Positions 10,439 through 18,015 of a stretch of DNA of 39,567 nucleotides are shown piece after piece. Within the stretch, counting starts at the first letter, position 1. Each line of letters opens with the position of its first letter. This DNA comes from an uncultured Thermodesulfobacteriota bacterium (GTDB taxonomy: Bacteria > Desulfobacterota > S145-22). The notes below the pieces were generated by a model. That model worked only from the letters and a program-made list of their open reading frames with translations, was not told the DNA's origin and made no database searches. A program made the translations under genes and the position numbers. The DNA lies in the NCBI GenBank assembly GCA_964556045.1, contig CAZKUZ010000023.1:1-39567 (forward strand). The letters run 5' to 3'.

Positions 10439-10531
10439 ATGGATAGCGATTTACTCTGGTTGATCATCATCTTCGGCGCATGGTTCGTGCTGAACAGGTT
10501 CGTTTTCCCCAAACTGGGGGTTTCCACCTGA
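10439..10531 (+). CDS. Candidate 30-aa single-pass membrane mini-protein. Its TGA may be recoded, which would extend the ORF to 10588.
   Basis: ATG at 10439 follows GAGGA by 5 nt. The product is MDSDLLWLIIIFGAWFVLNRFVFPKLGVST, ending at TGA. It is absent from the track because it is under 60 aa. The next codon is ATG, opening MSEACSIEDRYKKKKNPK in the same frame. Confidence 0.4.
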   Translation: MDSDLLWLIIIFGAWFVLNRFVFPKLGVST

Positions 10532-10660
10532 ATGAGCGAGGCTTGCAGTATCGAGGATCGATACAAGAAGAAAAAGAATCCAAAATAACCCATTTAACTC
10601 TTTCCGTCTCATCTCTCATACAAGCGACGTTGAGGAAATCAAGGATTTCTTCCAGAAAGG

Positions 10661-10689
10661 TTGACAGGTGAGCAAACGCGTATTACATT
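10661..10689 (+). promoter_or_regulatory. Candidate sigma-70 promoter of the FmdB gene
   Basis: TTGACA-N17-TACATT, about 30 nt upstream of the GTG start. Confidence 0.55.
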
Positions 10690-10718
10690 ATTTCAGGTCT
10701 AAAAGGAGGTGAGAGAGG

Positions 10719-10922
10719 GTGCCCATCTACGAATTTAAGTGCAAAGAATGCGGACATGAATTTGAACTCATCATGCGGGCGAGTGCCAACAAGGAAGAAG
10801 TGACCTGCCCGAAGTGTCATGCCAAGAACCCCGAGCGGTTGATGTCGGCCTTTTCCGCTGGAACCAGCAGCAGCGGTGGGTTTTCGGCCTCCAGCTCCTG
10901 TGGCGGCGGTGCCTTCACCTGA
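10719..10922 (+). CDS. FmdB-family putative regulatory zinc-ribbon protein (CxxC_CxxC_SSSS)
   Basis: MPIYEFKCKECGHEFE...VTCPKCHA... followed by a Ser/Gly-rich tail ending CGGG. The GTG start follows AGGAGG. Confidence 0.85.
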   Translation: MPIYEFKCKECGHEFELIMRASANKEEVTCPKCHAKNPERLMSAFSAGTSSSGGFSASSSCGGGAFT

Positions 10923-10961
10923 GCGGCCTGATCTGTCGTAACCGTGGGTTACGATCGTGCG

Positions 10962-11001
10962 GACGACCGGATGGTTCTCATCATCCGGTCGTCTGATTTT
11001 T
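10962..11001 (+). terminator. Rho-independent terminator after the FmdB gene
   Basis: The hairpin GACGACCGGATG-gttctcat-CATCCGGTCGTC is followed by TGATTTTT. Confidence 0.75.
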
Positions 11002-11008
11002 AAAAAAT

Positions 11009-11037
11009 TTGACAAACCCAAGAAACTGAAGTATAAG
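11009..11037 (+). promoter_or_regulatory. Candidate sigma-70 promoter of the 67-aa gene
   Basis: TTGACA-N17-TATAAG. Confidence 0.55.
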
Positions 11038-11074
11038 CGGAAAAAGGACAGCGCCAAAAAAAGGAGGATCTTCT

Positions 11075-11278
11075 TTGGCACAATACAGTGACGATTTTAG
11101 AGACGACGAAATGGTCTATGACCTGATTTTAACCAACATCGTCCACCAGAACGCGTTGGTGGATCTCCTCGTAAAAAAGGGCATCATCACCCGTGAAGAA
11201 CTGCGGGCCGCCCTCAAAGACAACGGCATGGTGGTCGAGGAAGAAATCACCGCCAAGAAACCCGGCCAGTTCCACTAA
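11075..11278 (+). CDS. Hypothetical 67-aa acidic, probably helical protein
   Basis: The TTG start lies 7 nt after AGGAGG. The product is MAQYSDDFRDDEMVYDLILTNIVHQNALVDLLVKKGIITREELRAALKDNGMVVEEEITAKKPGQFH. I do not recognise a family. Confidence 0.55.
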   Translation: MAQYSDDFRDDEMVYDLILTNIVHQNALVDLLVKKGIITREELRAALKDNGMVVEEEITAKKPGQFH

Positions 11279-11354
11279 GCCCTACTTTTTACACCCCTAA
11301 ATACCATCCGACAGCATTCTCCCCCGGGGAAGGGTTTTCTCCGTCCACGGGTGA

Positions 11355-12044
11355 TTACCGCGTGAAGCCGAGAAGGCACGACTCGATCAGGGTCACGATG
11401 TCAAAAACCGGGCGTCCCACGGCGTCCCGAATGTCGTTCCTGTAGGGGGAAAGGTTCGTACATTCCAGCACGAGGGCGGAAATTTCCGGATCCCGATCGA
11501 CGAGCCCCCGGGCCACGTTCAGGACCTCCCCCCTGAGGCGTGCGGGATTCAAGGGAATCTCCTCCGTCAGGATCGCCCCCCTGAAATGATCACACGTATC
11601 CATCCCCGCGATCCTCACCGGAATACCCTCCGCGCCGACCCCCTTGAAATGCGCCTCGCCCAGACTCGACTCCGAGGCGGTGACGATCCCCACGGGAGAA
11701 TCATGCCCAAAAACACGGCAGAGCCAGGGAAGCTGAAGCAGGGACGACGAGAGGAAAGGGACCCGCAAGGCCCGGGCGATCTCGCCCTGAAACCGGGAAA
11801 GGAAGCCGCAGCTCGCGGCGATGAGGTCGGCCCCCCTTTCCTGAAGGACCTCCCCCGCTTCGACGAAAAGGGGGACAAGCCCCTCGTCGCCGCCTCGCAG
11901 AACGACCCGCTCCACGTCCGCGCCCGCCACCACGTGATAGATCACGGGGAAAGAAAACGTCTCCGGGTTTCCGATATCCCCGGGGATCCGCCTGAAACGG
12001 GTCTCGAGCAACAGGACACCCAGGATCGGCTGCCTTTCAGACAT
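11355..12044 (-). CDS. Asp/Glu/hydantoin racemase superfamily protein (arylmalonate-decarboxylase-like)
   Basis: 229 aa. Begins ILGVLLLETRFRRIPGDIGNPETFSFPVIY, with two Cys-containing segments, AASCGF and LECTNL, spaced as in two-base racemases. It lies 6 nt downstream of the Cys-rich ORF. Confidence 0.7.
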   Translation of the reverse strand: MSERQPILGVLLLETRFRRIPGDIGNPETFSFPVIYHVVAGADVERVVLRGGDEGLVPLFVEAGEVLQERGADLIAASCGFLSRFQGEIARALRVPFLSSSLLQLPWLCRVFGHDSPVGIVTASESSLGEAHFKGVGAEGIPVRIAGMDTCDHFRGAILTEEIPLNPARLRGEVLNVARGLVDRDPEISALVLECTNLSPYRNDIRDAVGRPVFDIVTLIESCLLGFTR

Positions 12045-12050
12045 CTGAGG

Positions 12051-12248
12051 CTACTCGAAAAGCGCGCGGTTTTTCCGGTTGTACAGTTCCAGTTGCTCCC
12101 GGAAGCTGAGATGCTCCCTTAGGGGCGGTTTCCCGCGACACAGACGGCAGCGGTCTTCACTGCACCACTGACAGAAACGGCAATCGGGGCACGGATGTTT
12201 CTTCGGGACCGACGGGGAATCACACGCTTTGCCGGGAGTAGAAATCAA
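12051..12248 (-). CDS. Small cysteine-rich protein (CPDCRFCQWCSEDRCRLC), unknown function
   Basis: 65 codons with a TTG start and no internal ATG. It is wedged with 6-nt gaps between the pstB stop and the racemase-family start. There are seven Cys in a CX2CX2CX2CX5CX2C pattern. It may be related to the 'cysteine-rich small domain' family, but I have not verified that. Confidence 0.5.
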   Translation of the reverse strand: MISTPGKACDSPSVPKKHPCPDCRFCQWCSEDRCRLCRGKPPLREHLSFREQLELYNRKNRALFE

Positions 12249-12254
12249 ATCCTC

Positions 12255-13013
12255 CTATCCAAACTTACCTGTCACGTAATCCTCGGTAATCTTCTGGGAC
12301 GGCGAGGTAAAGATCTTCTCGGTGTTATCGAACTCGATGAGTTCTCCCAGATACATGAGGCCTGTCTCGTCCGAGACGCGCGCCGCCTGCTGCATATTGT
12401 GGGTCACGACGACCACGGTATAGCGGCGTTTCAGCTCCAGCATCAACTCCTCGATCCGCAGGGTGGCGATGGGGTCCAACGCGCTGCAAGGTTCATCCAT
12501 CAGCACGATCTCCGGCTTGACGGCGAGGAGGCGGGCGATACAGAGCCGCTGCTGCTGCTCGTCGGAGAGGGCCAGGGCGTTCTTGTTGAGGTCATCCTTC
12601 AAGGCCTCCCAGAGCCCCACCCGCTTGAGGGAGCTTTCCACGATCTCCTCAAGGACATCCGATTTCTTTTCCCCCATGACCCGTGGGCCGAAGGTGATGT
12701 TATCCCGGATGGAGAGGGGAAAGGGATTGGGACGCTGAAAGACCATTCCGATCTTCTGCCGGAGCCGAACAAGGTTGACCGTGTCCTTGGTGATGTCCTC
12801 CCCGTCGAAGAGGATCGCCCCCTCGGTTCTCACCCCGGGGATCAGGTCGTTCATCCGGTTGAAGGACCGCAGGAGGGTCGACTTCCCGCACCCGGAAGGC
12901 CCGATCAAGGCCGTCACGGTGTTCTTCCTGATGGAGAGGTTCAGGTTCTTGAGGGCGTGAAAGTCCCCGTAAAAGAGATTGAAGTCCTCTACTTTCAAGG
13001 TATAGTCCGTCAT
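12255..13013 (-). CDS. pstB: Phosphate ABC transporter ATP-binding protein PstB (canonical)
   Basis: GPSGCGKST, the Q-loop MVFQRPNPFPLSIRDN, LSDEQQQRLCIARLL, VLMDEP, the H-loop VVVVTHNMQQAARVSD, and the C-terminal YVTGKFG. Confidence 0.95.
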   Translation of the reverse strand: MTDYTLKVEDFNLFYGDFHALKNLNLSIRKNTVTALIGPSGCGKSTLLRSFNRMNDLIPGVRTEGAILFDGEDITKDTVNLVRLRQKIGMVFQRPNPFPLSIRDNITFGPRVMGEKKSDVLEEIVESSLKRVGLWEALKDDLNKNALALSDEQQQRLCIARLLAVKPEIVLMDEPCSALDPIATLRIEELMLELKRRYTVVVVTHNMQQAARVSDETGLMYLGELIEFDNTEKIFTSPSQKITEDYVTGKFG

Positions 13014-13774
13014 TAGCCGAATCTCCCGGCGATGTAGTCATCCGTCTTCTTTTCTTTCGGCACGGTAAACATCTGGGTGGTCTTCCCCGTTTCGATCAGT
13101 TCCCCCATGAGGAAGAAGGCACACCGGTCGGTGACCCTCGCGATCTGTTTCGTGTTGTTGCTGACCAGCACGATGGTATGATGTTTCTTCAGCTCCTTCA
13201 GGGCCTCCTCGATCCGAAAGGTGGAGATGGGATCCAGGCCCGAGGTGGGCTCGTCCAGGAGGAGAATTTCCGGGGACATGGCCATGGCGCGGGCGATACA
13301 GAGCCGCTGCTGCTGCCCGCCGGAGAGTTTCTGGGCCGGTTTGTGGAGCCGGTCACGAACCTCCTCCCACAAAATGGCCGCCTTGAGCCCCCGTTCCGCC
13401 GCCTCCTGAAGGACCGACTTGTCTCTGATTCCCTGAATCCTCAACCCATACACAAGGTTCTCGAAGATGCTCATGGGAAGCACCACCGGCGTGGCAAAGA
13501 CCATGGAGACCTTTCGCCTCAGGGGTGTGGGGTTCACGTCCTCCGAGAGGACATCCTCCCCCAAAACGTACAAGGCCCCCTCCACCACCGTGTCCGGCGC
13601 CCGGAAGGTATGATTGATCAGCTTCAAGAAGGAGGTCTTCCCGCTTCCCGCCGGGCCCATCACCCCGAAGATCTCGTTTCTCTGGATATCGAGGTTGATC
13701 TTGTCGAGGATCTTTTTCCCGCCGACGTGCAAGGAGACGTCCCTTGCCTCGATGACTGTCGTTTTCGTCTTCAA
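13013..13774 (-). CDS. PstB paralogue with degenerate Q-loop and H-loop
   Basis: GPAGSGKTS, LSGGQQQRLCIARAM, LLLDEP and the C-terminal YIAGRFG are PstB-like. However, the Q-loop reads MVFATPVVLPMSIFEN (Gln to Ala) and the H-loop reads LVSNNTKQIARVTD (His to Asn). Its stop overlaps the pstB start (TAATG). Confidence 0.85.
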   Translation of the reverse strand: MKTKTTVIEARDVSLHVGGKKILDKINLDIQRNEIFGVMGPAGSGKTSFLKLINHTFRAPDTVVEGALYVLGEDVLSEDVNPTPLRRKVSMVFATPVVLPMSIFENLVYGLRIQGIRDKSVLQEAAERGLKAAILWEEVRDRLHKPAQKLSGGQQQRLCIARAMAMSPEILLLDEPTSGLDPISTFRIEEALKELKKHHTIVLVSNNTKQIARVTDRCAFFLMGELIETGKTTQMFTVPKEKKTDDYIAGRFG

Positions 13775-13775
13775 T

Positions 13776-14606
13776 TTATCTTCGGCCCTCCACGAATCTG
13801 TGCATCAGATAGTACGAGAAGATGTTGATGATAAGAATGGAAAAGACCAGAACGGCCGCGGTGGCGTAGGCGTTCGACATGGAGATCCCCTCCCGGGCCA
13901 GGATGTAGAAGTGGACCGCCATGCTCCGCCCCGAGTCGAAGATGGAAAAGGGTGTCCGAAGGGAGGTTCCCAAGGTAAAGATGACGACGGCCGTCTCCCC
14001 GATCCCCCTTCCCACGCTCAGGATCACCCCCGTCAGAATCCCCGGCGCCGCGTTGGGGAGGACCAGGCGCGTGACCCCTTGCCACTTGGAGCCCCCCAGG
14101 ACCTCGTTCACGTCCCGGAAGGACTGGGGAACCGACTTGATGGCCTCCTCCGAGGTCCGGATGATGACGGGGAGGATCATGATGGCCAGGGAGATGCCGC
14201 CGGAAAGGACGCTCCACCCGAATCCCAGCTTGATCACGAAAAGAATGAATCCGAACAGGCCGAGGATGATGGAGGGAACCCCCGCCAGGCACTCCGTCCC
14301 GAAACGGACGATCTTGGTGATCTTTCCCTCCTCCGTGTATTCCGTCAAGTAGATCGCCGTCCCCACCCCCAGGGGGATGGCAATCACCAGGGAGACCACG
14401 AGGAGGTAGACGGTGGAGACGATGGTGGAAAAGATCCCCCCGGCGCGGCCCATGTCCATGGGGTTGTCCAGGAGGAAACGGGCCGTGATGTGGGGCAACC
14501 CCTTGATCATGATGACCGCGATGATGAAAAAGAGAATGGCCAGGGCGAGAAAGGCCCCGCTGACCATCAATCCAACGGCGATGTGTTCGGCACGACGCGG
14601 TGTCAT
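13776..14606 (-). CDS. pstA: Phosphate ABC transporter permease PstA
   Basis: A 276-aa polytopic permease and the second permease of the operon. It overlaps the pstC stop by 4 nt. Confidence 0.9.
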   Translation of the reverse strand: MTPRRAEHIAVGLMVSGAFLALAILFFIIAVIMIKGLPHITARFLLDNPMDMGRAGGIFSTIVSTVYLLVVSLVIAIPLGVGTAIYLTEYTEEGKITKIVRFGTECLAGVPSIILGLFGFILFVIKLGFGWSVLSGGISLAIMILPVIIRTSEEAIKSVPQSFRDVNEVLGGSKWQGVTRLVLPNAAPGILTGVILSVGRGIGETAVVIFTLGTSLRTPFSIFDSGRSMAVHFYILAREGISMSNAYATAAVLVFSILIINIFSYYLMHRFVEGRR

Positions 14607-15469
14607 TTGAGTCTCTTCCTCCTCGCGAAGGCGGTGGCGATGAGATTAAGGGCCATCACAAAAAAGAACAGGACGATCCCGGTGGCGAACAGCGCCTGCC
14701 GGTGAAGCCCGCTGGCGTAGCCCATCTCCAGGGCGATATTACTGGTCAGGGTCCGGATCGGATCAAGGGGGGACAGGGGGATCTTCAGGGCGTTTCCGGC
14801 GATCATGATCACCGCCATCGTTTCACCTACCGCACGCCCCATTCCCAGGACGAGGGCCGTGATGATCCCCGACTTGGCGGCATGGACCGTTACCATGTGC
14901 GTCGCTTGCCAGCGGGTCGCCCCCAAAGAAAAGGCGGCCTCCCGATAGGAATCAGGAACCGCCACCAGCGAATCCACGGAGATGCTAATGACCGTGGGCA
15001 AGATCATAATCCCCAGGATGATGCAGGAGGTCAAGAGCGACAGACCAGGACCTCCCAGGTAATCACGCACGAGGGGGACGAGATAGACCACCCCGAGGAA
15101 GCCATAGACGACGGAAGGAATGCCCGCCAGCAATTCCAGAGCCGGCTTGATGATAGCCCGCACCTTGGGGGAGGCGAACTCCACGAGGAAGATGGAGCAC
15201 ATCAGCCCCAGCGGCCCCCCGAAGAGGAGGGCCCCGATCGTAACCCAGAAAGAGGAGACGATCATGGCAAAGATACCGAAGTGCCCCTTCGTGGGCGCCC
15301 ATCGGGTACTGAGGAGGAAGTCCTTGAGGCCCACTTTCCAGATCATGGGCAGCCCCTCCACGAAGATGAACAGGGCGATGAGAAATAGGGAAAAGAGCGA
15401 CGAAAAGGCAATAACGAGAAAGATTCTCTGGATTAGTTTTTCTCTTCTTTTGATGTCTGCTGCCGACAT
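14603..15469 (-). CDS. pstC: Phosphate ABC transporter permease PstC
   Basis: I set the start at the ATG at 15469 (MSAADIKRREKLIQRIFLVIAFSSL...). The first 104 codons of the track ORF (to 15781) are Arg/Gly-rich and lie inside pstS. This leaves a 37-nt overlap with the pstS 3' end. Confidence 0.88.
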   Translation of the reverse strand: MSAADIKRREKLIQRIFLVIAFSSLFSLFLIALFIFVEGLPMIWKVGLKDFLLSTRWAPTKGHFGIFAMIVSSFWVTIGALLFGGPLGLMCSIFLVEFASPKVRAIIKPALELLAGIPSVVYGFLGVVYLVPLVRDYLGGPGLSLLTSCIILGIMILPTVISISVDSLVAVPDSYREAAFSLGATRWQATHMVTVHAAKSGIITALVLGMGRAVGETMAVIMIAGNALKIPLSPLDPIRTLTSNIALEMGYASGLHRQALFATGIVLFFFVMALNLIATAFARRKRLK

Positions 15470-16320
15470 AGGTCGCTTTCTCCATGAATGATTGAGGCGG
15501 GGATGAGACCTTCTTTTGCCAGGATACGCTGCCCCTCGGGGGAGAGGACGAAACAGATGAAATGGAGAGTCAAACCGGATGGTTTTTTCTTGGTCAAGAA
15601 CAGAAACGGCCGGAAGAAGCGGTATCGTTTCTCCTTGACCGCCTTGACAGAGGGAGCCACCCCGTCCAGCGCCACCGCCTTGACCTGTTTGTTCACAAGG
15701 CCGAGGGAGATGTAGCCGATGGCATAGGGATCGGTGGCGACCAGTTCGCGGACGGCCCCGTTGGAGTCCTGGACGATGCAACCCGGATCGATTTCCAGCT
15801 TCTCCATGACCAGCTCTTCGAAGGCTCCCCGGGTTCCGGAGCCCTCCTCGCGCGTGATCGTGGTAATCCGATGGTCGACCCCGTTTAAGCCCTTCCAGTT
15901 CAGGATCTTCCCCGCGTAGATGGCACGCAGGGTTTCCGTGGAGAGGTTATTGATGGGGTTCTTGGGGTTCACGATGACAGCGATGCCGTCGAAGGCGATG
16001 GGGATTTCAAAGAGGCCTTTCTCTTCCGGATGGAGATTCCGGCTGCTGGTGCCGATGTTCGCGATTCCCGACTGCGCCGCCCGGATCCCCGCCGTGCTGC
16101 CCCCTCCCTGGACGTTCACCACGGTATTCGGGTTCTTAACCATGTAGATTTCCGCCAACTTCTCGGCGAAAGGCTGCACCGAGGTGGAACCGGCGATGAT
16201 GATGGAGGCGTATCCCCCCTTTTTCGGGGTATCCTCCTCTTTGCGGCTGCACGCGAAGAGGAGCCCCACGGCGAGGAGTAAACACAAAAGCCCTAAATGC
16301 TTTCCTAAGCGTCTGTTCAA
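15433..16320 (-). CDS. pstS: Phosphate ABC transporter substrate-binding lipoprotein PstS
   Basis: A signal peptide with lipobox LLFAC, followed by IIAGSTSVQPFAEKLAEIY...VQGGGSTAGI...IGTSSR. The start codon is TTG. Confidence 0.9.
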   Translation of the reverse strand: MNRRLGKHLGLLCLLLAVGLLFACSRKEEDTPKKGGYASIIIAGSTSVQPFAEKLAEIYMVKNPNTVVNVQGGGSTAGIRAAQSGIANIGTSSRNLHPEEKGLFEIPIAFDGIAVIVNPKNPINNLSTETLRAIYAGKILNWKGLNGVDHRITTITREEGSGTRGAFEELVMEKLEIDPGCIVQDSNGAVRELVATDPYAIGYISLGLVNKQVKAVALDGVAPSVKAVKEKRYRFFRPFLFLTKKKPSGLTLHFICFVLSPEGQRILAKEGLIPASIIHGESDLCRQQTSKEEKN

Positions 16321-16329
16321 GTGGGGCCC

Positions 16330-17004
16330 TTATATGATCTTTTGATGACGAACGACGGTTCCCTTCATCATGAAAATGGCCTGTTCCGCCACATTCACCG
16401 CATGGTCAGCCGCCCGTTCAAGGTATTTGCTTACCATCATGATCTTCATCGCGGATGAGATCTTCTTCGCGTCTTCCACCATATAGGTAAAAAGCTCTCG
16501 CGCGATCTGGGTATTCAACTGATCCACCTCTTCGTCCCGTTGAATAACCTCCATGGCAATCGCCTCGTCTCTCTTGATATACGCGTCGAGCGCCCCCCGG
16601 ATCATCCAGCGCACGTCCTCGTCCATGCGGGGGATATCGATATACGGCTTGAGTTGGGGTTCTTTGTTCAGGTCGAGGGCGCGTTCCGAGATGTTCACCG
16701 CCAGATCCCCGATCCTCTCCAAATCCACGTTCACCTTCAGGCCCGTGGCGATGAAGCGGAGATCCCCACCGGCCGGCTGGCGCAGGGCGATCAAGGAGAG
16801 GCAGATCCCATCGATCTGCACCTCCAATTCGTTGACCAGCCTGTCGTTCTCGATGACCTTTCGGGCAAGCTCCGAATCCCGCTCCACCAGGGAGCGAATC
16901 GAGGTCGCGATGGCCTCCTGGACCATCTCCCCCATCTCCAGGATCTTGTCCTTCAAGGTCTTTAGTTCTTTGTCGAATGTCTTTAAGATATGCGGATTAT
17001 TCAT
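16330..17004 (-). CDS. phoU: Phosphate signalling complex protein PhoU
   Basis: 224 aa with two PhoU repeats, ERIGDLAVNI and ERAADHAVNV. Confidence 0.93.
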   Translation of the reverse strand: MNNPHILKTFDKELKTLKDKILEMGEMVQEAIATSIRSLVERDSELARKVIENDRLVNELEVQIDGICLSLIALRQPAGGDLRFIATGLKVNVDLERIGDLAVNISERALDLNKEPQLKPYIDIPRMDEDVRWMIRGALDAYIKRDEAIAMEVIQRDEEVDQLNTQIARELFTYMVEDAKKISSAMKIMMVSKYLERAADHAVNVAEQAIFMMKGTVVRHQKII

Positions 17005-17035
17005 TATCCCCCCCTGAAAAATCCCTTAGCCATTC

Positions 17036-17052
17036 TTAACACAGATTTTACC
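17036..17052. promoter_or_regulatory. Candidate Pho-box-like direct repeat in the phoU / MBL-gene divergent region
   Basis: TTAACA-cagat-TTTACC, two hexamers 11 bp apart, with TTCAAG one further turn on. This resembles OmpR/PhoB-family direct-repeat sites. The match is weak. Confidence 0.2.
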
Positions 17053-17112
17053 GGCTTTTCAAGAAATAAATCCTGGGATTGACGACTTTTTCCGTTTAAC
17101 ATAAAAAGGGGT

Positions 17113-18015
17113 ATGGGACTCTCCCGGCGCCACGTCTTTCCTCTCGTCAACCTTTCAAGGATCCTCCAGGCCTCTATCCTTATCCTCCTGTCACTCACCT
17201 TCCTTCTGCTCACCGGTGCGCCGGGAAACGCGACACCAATCCTCACCCTCACTTTCATCGACGTGGGTGAAGGAGACGCCATCTACCTCGAATATCCCGG
17301 CCACTGTAATTTCCTGATCGACACGGGAAATCCAAAATCGGGCGTCAAGGTCTTGTCAACGCTGGTCCGAAGGGGTGTCACCCGAATCGATCACCTTATC
17401 CTGACCCATCCCCACCTCGACCACATCGGGGGCGTTTTCACCGTGGCCCAGCTCCTTCCCGTCTCCCGGTTCTACGACAACGGTGAAGACCTCTCCCTCC
17501 ATCCGGGGAGCCGTGATATCGTCCCTTGGTACCGAAGGCTCGTTCGGGAATCCCCCCGATATTCTCCACTGAAGGCGGGACAACGCCTCACATGCCCGCC
17601 CCTCGTCGTCGAAACGCTCTGGCCCCCCGCTCCCCGCGAAACGAAAGACTGGAACACCAACTCCCTCGTCCTCATGGTCTCCTTCGGCGCCTTCCGATGC
17701 CTCCTTATGGCCGATGCCAATCTAACCACGGAAAGGGGGCTTCTGAAGGCCTCCGCATCCCTGAAGGCCCGTATCCTCAAGGTCGGTCACCACGGCGCCC
17801 GCGACGCGGCGTCCCGAGCGTTCCTTTCCGCCGTCTCCCCCGAGGTGACCATCATCAGCGTGGCCGGAAACGATCCCCACGGCTACCCCGACCCGCAAAC
17901 CCTGCGAAGGATTCGGGAGGGTCATGCCCGGATCTTCAGAACCGACCGGCACGGCACAATCTCCGTCCAGGTCCGCCCCGACGGGATGTACCGGGTCTCC
18001 CCGGAGAGACCATGA
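17113..18015 (+). CDS. Secreted MBL-fold metallo-hydrolase (ComEC C-terminal-domain-like)
   Basis: An N-terminal signal-like segment, then LTFIDVGEGDAIYLE...FLIDTGN...LILTHPHLDHIGG...KVGHHG. Confidence 0.8.
   Translation: MGLSRRHVFPLVNLSRILQASILILLSLTFLLLTGAPGNATPILTLTFIDVGEGDAIYLEYPGHCNFLIDTGNPKSGVKVLSTLVRRGVTRIDHLILTHPHLDHIGGVFTVAQLLPVSRFYDNGEDLSLHPGSRDIVPWYRRLVRESPRYSPLKAGQRLTCPPLVVETLWPPAPRETKDWNTNSLVLMVSFGAFRCLLMADANLTTERGLLKASASLKARILKVGHHGARDAASRAFLSAVSPEVTIISVAGNDPHGYPDPQTLRRIREGHARIFRTDRHGTISVQVRPDGMYRVSPERP

Noticed and set aside
10336-11081. Minus-strand ORFs 10336..10593 (85 aa) and 10683..11081 (132 aa) in the low-GC gap.
   Set aside because: They are antisense to plus-strand genes that have promoters, SDs and a terminator. 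They have no SD and their sequences are implausible.
15470-15781. N-terminal extensions of track ORFs: pstC to 15781, VanZ from 17526, the kinase to 23740, gatA to 34198, the CBS protein to 35054, the SYLF protein to 5275, and groEL to 3960.
   Set aside because: The extensions overlap the preceding gene or a promoter, are compositionally junk-like, and internal ATG starts with SD sequences or ATGA coupling give proteins of the expected length.
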